From: Lachnospiraceae bacterium UBA3732
GTDB lineage: Bacteria > Bacillota > Clostridia > Lachnospirales > Lachnospiraceae
Assembly: GCA_002372545.1 (NCBI GenBank)
Contig: DFHD01000045.1
Coordinates: 6,169 to 70,168 of the forward strand
Direction of reading: 5' to 3'
Length of the DNA stretch: 64,000 nucleotides
Below are positions 1 to 9,789 of this stretch, in pieces (position 1 is the first letter of the stretch; each line of letters starts with the position of its first letter). The notes under the pieces are model-generated. The model searched no databases. It was not told the DNA's origin and saw nothing but the letters and a program-made list of their open reading frames with translations. The position numbers and the translations under genes were made by a program.

Positions 1-1
1 C

Positions 2-598
2 GTACCTTCGGTATTCTTTGTATTTAACGAAAATACAAGGGAGTCCTACCGCATCGGAATGAAAAACGAGTTCTTCAGCAAGGGTACGGTTAAGTATGTG
101 GGAAATGAGATCCGGGCCGTGATCATGAGCATCCTCGGCGTGGATTCCCACGATACCATTGCCATTGTCAGCGGCGAGACCATCGTAATCGAGTCCGCCA
201 TCATTGCCAGCGAGGGAAATATTATTGCAGTAGAGCCCAATGCACAGGATCTTCGGACAATGGAAGAGAATGTCAATAAGTTCGGTTTACATAACGTAAC
301 GATCATTCCGGATCTTTCCGATGAATCACTGGAAAAGATCCAGACTCCCCGGTTATCCTTCATCGTGGCAACCAAATATCTGGAGCATGATATTGAAAGG
401 CTGCTGAAAAAAAATCCGAAAATGCAGTTCGTGATCTATACGCTTGAACTGGATGTGCTCGCAGGCATCAAACAGATCTTTGAAAAGTACAATATCCAGG
501 ATATGGAGGTCACCCAGATCACCATTTCCAAGACGGATAAAAACAGCGTATTCGTTACTCAGCCTTCTCCCTGGCTGATCTCCGGAGAAGTGAGATAA
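2..598 (+). CDS. C-terminal part of a CbiET-like (precorrin-6Y/cobalt-precorrin methyltransferase) protein, 5' truncated by the window; SAM motif degenerate
   Basis: The frame is open from base 2 (VPSVFFVFNENTRESYRIGMKNEFF...). NEIRAVIMSIL, EGNIIAVE and EENVNKFGLHNV match the CbiT domain layout, but the GxGxG motif is absent. Confidence 0.65.
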   Translation, partial: VPSVFFVFNENTRESYRIGMKNEFFSKGTVKYVGNEIRAVIMSILGVDSHDTIAIVSGETIVIESAIIASEGNIIAVEPNAQDLRTMEENVNKFGLHNVTIIPDLSDESLEKIQTPRLSFIVATKYLEHDIERLLKKNPKMQFVIYTLELDVLAGIKQIFEKYNIQDMEVTQITISKTDKNSVFVTQPSPWLISGEVR

Positions 599-696
599 AA
601 AAGTATTACGTGTACAGACATCACGAATGTTTTTGAATTGCCTGTGGTACAGTTACGCAAATAAATTCAGATAGAAAACCCGAAAAGGAGCAGGAA

Positions 697-3132
697 ATGA
701 AGCAATATGAGCATAAGCTGATCGAAGCGAAATGGACGAAAAAATGGGAGGAAAAGCCCATTAATGTGAACGATGGGAAGAAGGACAAGTATTACTGTCT
801 GGATATGTTTCCCTATCCCTCAGCCAACGGACTGCATGTCGGCCATTGGAGAGGATATGTGATCTCCGATGTATGGAGCCGCTACCAGATGATGCATGGA
901 AAGTATGTGATCCATCCGATGGGCTGGGATGCCTTCGGCCTTCCGGCGGAGAACTTTGCCATCAAGAATGGTGTGCATCCTGCAATCTCCACCGCATCCA
1001 ATGTAGCAAACATCAAACGCCAGATCAAGCAGATCGCTGCGATCTACGATTGGGATATGGAGGTAAATACCACGGATCCGGATTACTATAAGTGGACCCA
1101 GTGGATCTTCGTGCAGATGTTCAAAAACGGTCTGGCTTATGAGAAGGAGATGCCCATTAACTGGTGTCCCTCCTGCAAGACCGGTCTGGCCAATGAAGAG
1201 GTGAAGGAAGGAAAGTGCGAGCGCTGCGGCGCCGATGTGACCAAGAAGAATCTCCGCCAGTGGATGCTGAAGATCACGGCATACGCAGAGCGGCTTCTGC
1301 AGGATCTGGATAAGCTGGATTGGCCGGAAAAGGTCAAGAAGATGCAGGCGGAGTGGATCGGTAAGTCCCAGGGTGCTGAGGTGAATTTCCCGGTTGACGG
1401 CCGTGATGAGGTGATCACGGTTTATACCACAAGACCCGATACCCTTTACGGCGCAACATTTATGGTTCTTGCTCCCGAATCCGAGCTTGCGGCGAATATG
1501 TACACGCCGGAGACAGAGAAGGCGGTTAAGGACTATATTTACCAGACATCTCTCAAGTCCTCCATCGACCGTATGGCGGATAAGGAGAAGACCGGCGTAT
1601 TCACCGGCTGCTATGCCATCAATCCCCTGAACGGGGCAAAGACACCGATCTGGCTGTCTGATTATGTTCTTGCTGATTATGGTACCGGTGCGATCATGTG
1701 CGTGCCGGCTCATGACGACAGAGACTTTGAATTTGCAAAGAAGTTCGGCCTTCCCATTGTGCAGGTAATTGCGCCCACGCTTCAGGATGTGCAGGACGGA
1801 AATGAGATGACAGAGGCGTATACAGCTGCTTCCGGTGTTATGGTGAATTCCGGCGAGTGGAACGGTATGGAGTCTGCTGTGCTGAAGAAGGAGGCTCCCC
1901 GGATCATCGAGGAGAAGGGCTTTGGTAAGGCAACGACCAACTATAAGCTTCGTGACTGGGTATTCTCCAGACAGCGTTACTGGGGCGAACCCATTCCGAT
2001 CGTTCACTGCGAGAAGTGCGGCTGCGTGGCTGTTCCCGAGGAGGAGCTGCCTCTCAGACTTCCTGAGGTGGAAAAGTATGAACCGACTGGTACCGGCGAA
2101 TCACCGCTGGCGGCCATTACCGACTGGGTAAACTGCAAGTGTCCGAAATGCGGCGGCCCCGGAAAGCGGGAGACCAATACCATGCCACAGTGGGCCGGCT
2201 CTTCCTGGTACTTCCTCCGGTATGTGGATGTACATAATACAGAGGAGCTGGTATCCAGAGAGAAAGCAGACCGGTATCTGCCGGTAGATATGTATATCGG
2301 CGGCGTTGAGCATGCGGTCCTTCACCTGCTGTATTCCCGGTTCTGGACCAAGTTCCTGTATGATATCGGCGTGGTCGGCTTTGATGAGCCCTTTAAGAAG
2401 CTCTTTAACCAGGGCATGATCTGCGGACGCGACCGCGTGACCGGCAAGCCGACCAAGATGAGTAAATCTCTGGGGAATATTGTCAGTCCGGATGATATCG
2501 TAGAGCGCTACGGCTGCGATACCCTGCGTCTGTATGAGCTTTTTGTCGGCCCTCCGGAAGCGGATGCCATCTGGGATGATGCGGGCATTGACGGTATTTT
2601 CCGTTTCCTCCGCCGCTTCTACGGCATGGTGAACGAGAATGCGGAGAAGGACGCAGAGGAGACGCCCGAGCTTCTTCGTCTGCGTCACGGTCTTATTAAG
2701 GATGTAACCGAACGTCTGCAGAGCTTCAATCTGAATACAGTCATTTCCGCATTTATGGAATATAACAACAAGTTTATGGATCTGACTAGGACAACCGGCG
2801 TGGACCGGGAAACCCTGAAGACGGCTGTTCGTCTGATCGCACCCTTTGCACCTCACATTGGCGAGGAGCTCTGGGAGGTGCTTGGCGGTACGGATTCCGT
2901 ATTCCATGAGGCGTGGCCGGAGTTTGATGCTGCGCATTTTATGGCCGATACCATGAAGCTGCCCGTACAGGTTTCCGGAAAGACCAGGCTGACCATTGAT
3001 GTTCCCGCAGATGCAAGCCAGGAGGAGATCTTTAAACTGGCGAAGGAAGCACTGGGTGACCGTCTGGCCGGTAAGACCATAGTGAAGGAAATCTATGTGC
3101 CGAAACGGATCGTGAATATTGTAGCAAAATAA
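697..3132 (+). CDS. leuS: Leucine--tRNA ligase
   Basis: MFPYPS..GLHVGH (HIGH), KMSKS, YTTRPDT and GTGAIMCVPAHD editing motifs, DWVFSRQRYWGEPIP; RBS aaggag. Confidence 0.98.
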   Translation: MKQYEHKLIEAKWTKKWEEKPINVNDGKKDKYYCLDMFPYPSANGLHVGHWRGYVISDVWSRYQMMHGKYVIHPMGWDAFGLPAENFAIKNGVHPAISTASNVANIKRQIKQIAAIYDWDMEVNTTDPDYYKWTQWIFVQMFKNGLAYEKEMPINWCPSCKTGLANEEVKEGKCERCGADVTKKNLRQWMLKITAYAERLLQDLDKLDWPEKVKKMQAEWIGKSQGAEVNFPVDGRDEVITVYTTRPDTLYGATFMVLAPESELAANMYTPETEKAVKDYIYQTSLKSSIDRMADKEKTGVFTGCYAINPLNGAKTPIWLSDYVLADYGTGAIMCVPAHDDRDFEFAKKFGLPIVQVIAPTLQDVQDGNEMTEAYTAASGVMVNSGEWNGMESAVLKKEAPRIIEEKGFGKATTNYKLRDWVFSRQRYWGEPIPIVHCEKCGCVAVPEEELPLRLPEVEKYEPTGTGESPLAAITDWVNCKCPKCGGPGKRETNTMPQWAGSSWYFLRYVDVHNTEELVSREKADRYLPVDMYIGGVEHAVLHLLYSRFWTKFLYDIGVVGFDEPFKKLFNQGMICGRDRVTGKPTKMSKSLGNIVSPDDIVERYGCDTLRLYELFVGPPEADAIWDDAGIDGIFRFLRRFYGMVNENAEKDAEETPELLRLRHGLIKDVTERLQSFNLNTVISAFMEYNNKFMDLTRTTGVDRETLKTAVRLIAPFAPHIGEELWEVLGGTDSVFHEAWPEFDAAHFMADTMKLPVQVSGKTRLTIDVPADASQEEIFKLAKEALGDRLAGKTIVKEIYVPKRIVNIVAK

Positions 3133-3140
3133 AAAGGTTT

Positions 3141-3162
3141 CCCCCGGCTGAGAGGCCGGGGG
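3141..3162 (+). terminator. GC-rich hairpin after leuS
   Basis: cccccggc-tgagag-gccggggg just after the stop codon; no clear U-tract. Confidence 0.5.
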
Positions 3163-3179
3163 ACAGTTATCATAAGCAT

Positions 3180-4106
3180 ATGGGAAAAAGACCATTTCAA
3201 CGGATATTACTCAGAAATCTGGTCCTCATCACCCTTCCGTTATCGTTTTTCCTTCTTGCGCTTGCTCTGCTCGCGGGAGTTCTTCTCGGCCACCCCGGGT
3301 GGCGGGTGATCAGCGCTGACGGCGCCGAGCAGGCGGTAAATCTTTACCAGCAGGGGGAAAAGAATGTCAGCCTTCCCTGCGGCGGCCTTGTCCCCTCGGG
3401 TATGGTGTATGAAGCGGACGGAAAGGAGAAGGGGGTCTATTTCTATGAACTAAAAAACAGGACGGTATATCTTTATCTTTTGCCGGATTCCCTGTATGAA
3501 CATACTGCGGCAGAGGATTACCGTCTTCCGGAGAGTATTCACGTGACCTTTAGAGAAGATGCGTCTGCGGCCTCGCTTCTGGAAAGTGATTATGCCGAAA
3601 ATCTGGGAGTGCCCGCTTCGGCTACGGAAGGCCTGGTTTCTCCGGTTGTTTTTGATGCGCTGCATTATCCGGGAAGAGAAATAGGTCTGCTTCGCTTCCT
3701 TAAAACAACAGCCCAGATCGCCGGTTCGGCTCTGTTTGTTTATCTGATCCTTGTGATCGTTTTTCCGGGTCTGAATATCCTGAACCTTCGCTACCGGCGT
3801 ATGGGCTACGCCCTGGATAGTCTTGACCGTGAGCTTCGGGATGATCTGGATTTTTATAATGGCAGAGCAGCCGTTACCGGTAGTCTGATCCTGCGCATAT
3901 CCTTTCCGAAGATATGGATCATGAGGCGGGATGAGCTTAGAGAGGTAACGACTAAGTCCCGAAAGAAGAATAGTGGCAGGGTATATTTTTGCGGATTCAG
4001 TGACGGAAACGGTCATTCCCTTTCCCTTCCCCTCAGAAATAAAGAGGAGCAAAGCCTTTTGATGGAGCTCGTTACCGGCCCGGAAGAGGAGGAAGAGAGC
4101 GAGTGA
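3180..4106 (+). CDS. Hypothetical membrane protein (N-terminal TM, extracellular domain, second TM, cytoplasmic tail)
   Basis: 308-aa ORF with two hydrophobic segments. Confidence 0.75.
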   Translation: MGKRPFQRILLRNLVLITLPLSFFLLALALLAGVLLGHPGWRVISADGAEQAVNLYQQGEKNVSLPCGGLVPSGMVYEADGKEKGVYFYELKNRTVYLYLLPDSLYEHTAAEDYRLPESIHVTFREDASAASLLESDYAENLGVPASATEGLVSPVVFDALHYPGREIGLLRFLKTTAQIAGSALFVYLILVIVFPGLNILNLRYRRMGYALDSLDRELRDDLDFYNGRAAVTGSLILRISFPKIWIMRRDELREVTTKSRKKNSGRVYFCGFSDGNGHSLSLPLRNKEEQSLLMELVTGPEEEEESE

Positions 4107-4176
4107 TTTCTGAAAGTACATTGTTTATTGAACAGGGTAAATTGACGATCTTGCCTTATGACCGGCATGCCCCGGA

Positions 4177-4217
4177 CACAAAAAAACAGGAGGATCAAAT
4201 CCTCCTGTTTTTTTGTG
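4177..4217. terminator. Bidirectional rho-independent terminator
   Basis: cacaaaaaaacaggagga-tcaaa-tcctcctgtttttttgtg is a perfect inverted repeat with A/T tracts between convergent genes. Confidence 0.85.
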
Positions 4218-4259
4218 CGGAACGAGTCCGGCGTATTGGTTTTTTGTCTGCATGAAGGT

Positions 4260-4745
4260 TTAGTCGAGGACAACGTCCAGCTTGTCGGCAGCGGCCTCTA
4301 CTGCATCAGCGGCGGCATCTTTGGCTTCTTCAGCTTTATCGGCAACAGTCTCAGCCTTATCGGCAACAGCCTCAGCGGCTTCTTCAGCCTTGTCGGCAGG
4401 AGCTTCAGCGGCCTCTTCATCATCTGCAAGCGGAACGTAGTCGCGGGAGATTTCGGCCTCCTCGTCCAGAATGATCTCGTCGTTATCGAAATCGTCCTCG
4501 TCCTTCTTCATGGAATCCATAGCCTTATTCTTTAAATCCACAGCCTTGGTCTTCAGCTCGGCAGCTTTTGTCTTTGCTGTCTCGGTTGCCTTGGAAACCT
4601 TGGAATCTACATCATATTTCTCGTTCAGGTTCTGATAGGTCTTTGTGCCGCGGATCTGATCCTTGAAAAAGTAGCATGCACCTGCGGCAACGGCTGCAGC
4701 TGCAGAAAATGTAACGAGTCCCCCGAAAAATGAATGCTTTGCCAT
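4260..4745 (-). CDS. Hypothetical protein with N-terminal membrane anchor and Ala/Asp/Glu/Lys-rich repeats
   Basis: 161 aa; hydrophobic N-terminus; ADKAEE/ADKAET repeats; purine-rich RBS (aaaagggg) on the - strand. Confidence 0.8.
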   Translation of the reverse strand: MAKHSFFGGLVTFSAAAAVAAGACYFFKDQIRGTKTYQNLNEKYDVDSKVSKATETAKTKAAELKTKAVDLKNKAMDSMKKDEDDFDNDEIILDEEAEISRDYVPLADDEEAAEAPADKAEEAAEAVADKAETVADKAEEAKDAAADAVEAAADKLDVVLD

Positions 4746-4897
4746 TGTTATACCCCTTTTCTTAAAGATTTTTGAAGAATTTCAATAAAAATATTTTAAT
4801 ACGCACAGGATAAAAAATCAAGACGTAACCGTAAACTTGCGACAAAAATTGCAATGTGGTAAAATGTATGGGACTCAGAATGGATGGAGGCGAAAAC

Positions 4898-5110
4898 TTG
4901 AAAAAATTATCTGAAGTGGAAAAGAATTATCTGGTCTGTGCGCTTCTAAATGCACTTGCCTCGATTGGCATGCTGCTCATGAAAAAATGGGTGATCGGAG
5001 GCGTTACGGCCGGCTTTGCGGTTCTTTTTGTCATTATGGGACTGGTAACCATCTTAAAGAATAATAAAAGCAGAAGAGAAGGGACAGGAAAAGGCACCGG
5101 AAATGAATAA
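4898..5110 (+). CDS. Small two-TM membrane protein (TTG start)
   Basis: RBS ggagg at 4886-4890 before TTG 4898; two hydrophobic helices; overlaps the start of the MutS-like gene. Confidence 0.65.
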   Translation: MKKLSEVEKNYLVCALLNALASIGMLLMKKWVIGGVTAGFAVLFVIMGLVTILKNNKSRREGTGKGTGNE

Positions 5111-6911
5111 GATGTTTCAGGAAGAAAAGAACAGAACAAAAGAAAAGATCAGGGGGCTGGAAAAGCGTTTTGTCCGGATTTCCTGGGGCAGGGTAATGGT
5201 TTTCATCACGGCTATCGTCTGTCTCTCCTTTGGACTCAGCAGGGGAAATGCGCTCCTACTTGCCGCAGCGGCGCTCTGTCTTGTGGGCTTCCTCGTCCTG
5301 GTCAGCATACATGGCCATGTTTCGCTGGATCTGCAGGATGAAAAGACCCGGGAAAACGTAATTGACAGCTACATGAAGCGCATGAATAATGAGTGGAAGG
5401 ATTTTCCTGATGACGGTGAGGATCTGATGGGAAAGAATGACCATGCTTCCTTTGATCTGGATATTGCCGGGCGGGCATCCCTTTATCAGCTGCTGCATAT
5501 CTGCCACACAGAAGAGGGCAGGAGGAAGTTTTATGCCGCGCTTCAGCCGCCTGCAGAACTACCGGAGAATGTGGAGGAAAGAAGGGCGGCCATCCGTGAG
5601 CTTTCCGGCAAGTTTTCTTTTCTCTGCGCACTGGAGTCCGTAACCACGCGGATCACGGCAAAGATGAAAAAGAAGCGTTCCTTCCTGATGGAGGAAACGG
5701 AGGATGGCGAAAAAGAGGAAGAAAAGCAGAAAAAGCAGACCGGCTTCCCGGCCTGGATGCAGCTGGCCCGGTTTATTATTCCGGCGGTGATGACGGTGCT
5801 TACCGTATTTACGGTGATGGGCGTTACCAGCCCGGGTATTCTCATCATCTTCTTCCTGGTTTTCCTTGTTGTAACGCTTACGCCGGGGGACAGCATTCTT
5901 TCCATGATGCTCCCCGTGTTCCGGTTCGGACAGTCGGCCAAGGACCTGATCGGGCTTCTGGAGCTTATTGCCAAAGAGGATTTTCAGTCGTCGATCCTTT
6001 CCGATATGAAAGAAAAGATTTCCCGGAAGGGAGGTATTCTTTCGGCGGCTGCCCAGATGCGGCGGATCGGTCAGGCACAGAGCCTATCCTACAATACCAT
6101 CATCCATCTTATACTGAACGGATTTCTGGCATGGGATTTTCATGTGGGCTATGCGGCATACAAATGGAATGAAAAAAACGGCGCGCTCTATCTGGAGTGC
6201 ATGGATGTGATCGCTTCCTTTGAGGAGCTTGGCAGCTTTGCCGTGCTCCCCATTGTCAGAAAGACCTGTGTTCCCCGGAAGGGCGGCGGGAAACTGGTGG
6301 GAGAGGGAATTTACCATCCCCTTCTCGCGCAGGATACTGTTGTGGCGAATGATGTCAGCTTTGGCGCGGATGTGACCATTATCACCGGCTCGAATATGTC
6401 CGGTAAGACAACGCTGATGCGTACACTGGCTCTGAATCTCTGTCTGATGTACGCCGGAGCTGAGGTATGCGCGGAAAGCTTCTCTGCAGGCTTTTACCGG
6501 CTCTTTACCTCTATGCGTATCCGGGATGATGTCACGGGCGGCATTTCCACCTTCTATGCGGAAATCCTTCGGATCAAGGAAATGGCGGATTATGTCGGGC
6601 AGGGAAAGGAAATTCCGGCTCTCTGCATGATCGATGAGATCTTCAAGGGAACCAATTCCGCAGATCGGATCGCCGGGGCGAAGGAAGCTATCCGTACCTT
6701 GTCCTCCGGAAACTGCATGACGATCGTTACCACGCATGATTTTGAGCTTTGCGATATGAAGACGGCTGCCGGAAAAGATGCGGAGAATTATCATTTCGAG
6801 GAATATTATGAGGGAGATAATATCCGTTTTGATTATAAGATCCGGGAAGGACGCTGCACAACCAGAAATGCAAGGGCGCTCCTTACCATGGCCGGACTGT
6901 TTCATGAATAG
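5103..6911 (+). CDS. MutS-family (domain V) ATPase with transmembrane segments
   Basis: ITGSNMSGKTT Walker A, STFYAE, IDEIFKGTNS, TTHDFEL; hydrophobic segments at the N-terminus and in the middle. Confidence 0.9.
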   Translation: MNKMFQEEKNRTKEKIRGLEKRFVRISWGRVMVFITAIVCLSFGLSRGNALLLAAAALCLVGFLVLVSIHGHVSLDLQDEKTRENVIDSYMKRMNNEWKDFPDDGEDLMGKNDHASFDLDIAGRASLYQLLHICHTEEGRRKFYAALQPPAELPENVEERRAAIRELSGKFSFLCALESVTTRITAKMKKKRSFLMEETEDGEKEEEKQKKQTGFPAWMQLARFIIPAVMTVLTVFTVMGVTSPGILIIFFLVFLVVTLTPGDSILSMMLPVFRFGQSAKDLIGLLELIAKEDFQSSILSDMKEKISRKGGILSAAAQMRRIGQAQSLSYNTIIHLILNGFLAWDFHVGYAAYKWNEKNGALYLECMDVIASFEELGSFAVLPIVRKTCVPRKGGGKLVGEGIYHPLLAQDTVVANDVSFGADVTIITGSNMSGKTTLMRTLALNLCLMYAGAEVCAESFSAGFYRLFTSMRIRDDVTGGISTFYAEILRIKEMADYVGQGKEIPALCMIDEIFKGTNSADRIAGAKEAIRTLSSGNCMTIVTTHDFELCDMKTAAGKDAENYHFEEYYEGDNIRFDYKIREGRCTTRNARALLTMAGLFHE

Positions 6912-6960
6912 CATTGTGCAGAATTAACAAATAATATTATTAAAAATCGACAAAATGACG

Positions 6961-6989
6961 TTGACGTTGTCCCATATTTGGGATAAAAT
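6961..6989 (+). promoter_or_regulatory. Sigma-A type promoter for the 693-aa orphan
   Basis: TTGACG-17 bp-TAAAAT. Confidence 0.65.
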
Positions 6990-7039
6990 AAGATATAGCT
7001 ATAATCATTATTGTATTATGTAAACAGGAGGGAAGAAGT

Positions 7040-9121
7040 ATGGCATTACCGGCTAACATAACAGGCGGAGACAATAATGTACTTTCAATTGCGGCTTCCA
7101 ATAACAAAGGCCTTTTGATCCGTTTCCTGAATGAACAGGTTGAGGATGGTTTTTATGCGCTTGTTATTGACTATCTGAAGGATTCCAATTTTGATCTGAA
7201 AAACATGACTGTGGATGATGATGTAAAGGCACAGTGCACCAAGCTGTACGAGCTGGGTGAATTTGTGGATGAGAACATCAAAGCCAAGGAAAAATATGAA
7301 ATCGATGAATGGATCGAGCCTCTGTTTAAATTTGTTTACGGCGATATCGATCCTTCTGATATCGATGCATCCATTACGACAACAGGTATCTATCGCTACA
7401 GCATCTGGCTGATCTATCTGTATCAGAGAGAGAAGTTCGGCGAGGCTATGCGCCTCATCGGCGATCGTATCGCGCCGCTTCTGATCAACGTCAGCTACCA
7501 GATCCTTGAGGATGATGACCGCCCGAAGAATTTTGATAAGGCTCTTCTCGGCTATCTGGATCTGATCAATGTCGTAATGGAGATGGGACTCCCCACATCT
7601 CTGGCCAATTCCGAGGCTTATCTCAGCAACCTTGAGGTTCTGTATGATTATGTGGTAGAGGATCCCCATGTCGGAAATGACTATAAGATCCAGCTTTCCA
7701 TCGGCCTCTTCAATACCTTTATTGCCAATAAGGATTATAACAAGGCCTTCGAGTTCTACGGACTGAACGCTGAGTATATCCCCATCGATAATATGGCTGT
7801 ATATGAGAGCTTTAAGGAGCTGATCCGTAACGTTAATTCCACGCAGGATACCAGTGTCCTCAGCCGCAACGTGCTGACGGCGATCTCCAAGCAGGAGCTC
7901 TACAATAAGCGTATCGATACGCTGATCGTTGAGGTATCCGCTTTCGTTAAGAAGGTTTATCTCTACATTGAGAATGAGCCGGATATGAAGAAGAATCTGC
8001 AGATCCTCGGTGCTGGCTCTCAGCTTACCGGTAAGTCCAATATCTTTGAGGGTCTTTATGAATACAACCTTGTATTCTATGAGTGCGGCATCAAAGAGCT
8101 GGTCAACTCCGATGTGAGCTCACGTCCCTGGGAAGAAAAGTATGAGATCCTGGAGAAGCTGTATACCACGCTGAATGTCGTATTTGACGGCTACAATGTA
8201 TATGAGCTTTCCAATAAGATCGAGCATCAGTATGTTGAGATCAACTGGATCAACGATTATGTGAATGCCAATCCTTCCCTGCTGAAGATGTTCTTCAGTA
8301 TCAAGGAGAAGATCAAGGCCTTCAAGGTTCGTAAGAATGCTATCCTGGAGAAGTCCAAGACCAATTATGAGATCAAGCAGATGATCGATGATCGTCAGAA
8401 GACTCTGGTATTTATGGCGGCTGAGGATATGGTTGTCAATGGTCTCGGCGGCGGACGCGTTCAGGTCATCAACAACAATTACGATCCCAAAATAGCAGAG
8501 AAATACCTGATCAAGACCTATGCGGATACGGTTGTACCCAGCAAGTATAAGAAGGCAGAGGTTCAGAAGTCCGGCGGTCTCTTCGGCAGAAGCAGCTCTC
8601 CGCAGATGGATCCGGATCTTCGCAAGCTTCTGGATGATTCCAAGATCGAGGAAATGCTTCTGAAGTCCGAATGGCTGTGGCATCAGTATGAGAATAAGGG
8701 ACTGGATGCGCAGACTCCGCAGGAGGCTACCTACAGCGTTGTATGTCTGGTTAAGGCAATCGAGAAGCTTCTGGATAAGAAGGGCGGCACAACGGCTAAG
8801 CCCGAGGCTGCTCCCAATAAGAAGGTGATCATCACCAAGACCGGTAAGGTAATTGAGCTTTCCGATGAGGGAAATCCGTCACCCACCAGCAATGTGGTTT
8901 CCACGCCTTCCTTCGTAGAGAATATCGGCAATATCCAGGCCAACCTGAAGGATAAGTCCGAGCTCAACGTTGAATATGTTAAGGAATATGTCAATGACTG
9001 GATAGAGAGCCTGATGAAGTCCAAGTTTGATATGGACACCATGCTCAGCATCTTTGAAGCAGAAGAGCTTCGGATCAAGAGCTTCCAGGTACTGAAGAAG
9101 CTTCGCGCTGACCTTCTGTAA
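7040..9121 (+). CDS. Hypothetical 693-aa alpha-helical protein, possible degenerate HEPN-like C-terminus
   Basis: Long ORF with RBS aggagg, its own promoter and terminator, and strongly biased codon use. Confidence 0.85.
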   Translation: MALPANITGGDNNVLSIAASNNKGLLIRFLNEQVEDGFYALVIDYLKDSNFDLKNMTVDDDVKAQCTKLYELGEFVDENIKAKEKYEIDEWIEPLFKFVYGDIDPSDIDASITTTGIYRYSIWLIYLYQREKFGEAMRLIGDRIAPLLINVSYQILEDDDRPKNFDKALLGYLDLINVVMEMGLPTSLANSEAYLSNLEVLYDYVVEDPHVGNDYKIQLSIGLFNTFIANKDYNKAFEFYGLNAEYIPIDNMAVYESFKELIRNVNSTQDTSVLSRNVLTAISKQELYNKRIDTLIVEVSAFVKKVYLYIENEPDMKKNLQILGAGSQLTGKSNIFEGLYEYNLVFYECGIKELVNSDVSSRPWEEKYEILEKLYTTLNVVFDGYNVYELSNKIEHQYVEINWINDYVNANPSLLKMFFSIKEKIKAFKVRKNAILEKSKTNYEIKQMIDDRQKTLVFMAAEDMVVNGLGGGRVQVINNNYDPKIAEKYLIKTYADTVVPSKYKKAEVQKSGGLFGRSSSPQMDPDLRKLLDDSKIEEMLLKSEWLWHQYENKGLDAQTPQEATYSVVCLVKAIEKLLDKKGGTTAKPEAAPNKKVIITKTGKVIELSDEGNPSPTSNVVSTPSFVENIGNIQANLKDKSELNVEYVKEYVNDWIESLMKSKFDMDTMLSIFEAEELRIKSFQVLKKLRADLL

Positions 9122-9138
9122 GGTTTTATGTGAATCTG

Positions 9139-9165
9139 AGCCCGCGGTTCTGCCGCGGGCTTTTT
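9139..9165 (+). terminator. Rho-independent terminator
   Basis: agcccgcgg-ttctg-ccgcgggct followed by a T-tract. Confidence 0.85.
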
Positions 9166-9206
9166 CTGAAGATTTGGTAATGGATGTCGGCAGGAGGTGA
9201 CGGGAT

Positions 9207-9695
9207 GTGGAGCTGAAGGAACTGATCAAGGAGGCGTTTGCAGCCAGAGAAAGGGCTTATGCGCCTTATTCCGGTTTTAAGGTGGGCGCGGCATTACTGA
9301 CCCGGGACGGCAGGGTCTTTCATGGCTGCAATGTGGAAAATGCCAGCTACGGTGCCACCATGTGCGCGGAGCGTACAGCTGTTTTTTCGGCGGTGGCTGC
9401 CGGAGAAAGAGAATTTGAAGCCATTGCCATTGTGGGCGGGGAGGCGTCGGGGAGTAGAGATTTATCAGGGAACAGCGAGCCTTCGATGAGCGGCAGGGCA
9501 TCGAAAAACAGAGGGCCCACGGAGAGTAGAGAGTTTGTTTCCGGGTTTGCGTTTCCCTGCGGAATCTGCCGGCAGGTGCTGTCTGAGTTTTGTTCCCCTT
9601 CGTTTAAGGTGATCGTGGCCCGTTCGGCCGGCGATTACCGGGAATTTACTCTGGGCGAGCTTCTTCCGGAGAGCTTTTCCCTTAGAGAGTTATAG
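9207..9695 (+). CDS. cdd: Cytidine deaminase
   Basis: AYAPYSGFKVGAA, GCNVENASY, CAER and PCGICRQ zinc motifs; GTG start with RBS aggaggt. Confidence 0.95.
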   Translation: MELKELIKEAFAARERAYAPYSGFKVGAALLTRDGRVFHGCNVENASYGATMCAERTAVFSAVAAGEREFEAIAIVGGEASGSRDLSGNSEPSMSGRASKNRGPTESREFVSGFAFPCGICRQVLSEFCSPSFKVIVARSAGDYREFTLGELLPESFSLREL

Positions 9696-9715
9696 GCATT
9701 GAAAGATTTCAGAAT

Positions 9716-9773
9716 GATCAGAGAAATCTGATAGATCGGAGAAATCTGATAGATCAGAGAAATCAGAAAGATT
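9716..9773. repeat. 18-bp tandem repeat x3 (gatcagagaaatctgata)
   Basis: Read directly in the cdd-GH43 intergenic region. Confidence 0.85.
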
Positions 9774-9789
9774 GGGAAAGGAACTGAAC

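Noticed and set aside
599-696. T-box leader for leuS
   Set aside because: Under 100 bp of intergenic space, with no T-box consensus or terminator.
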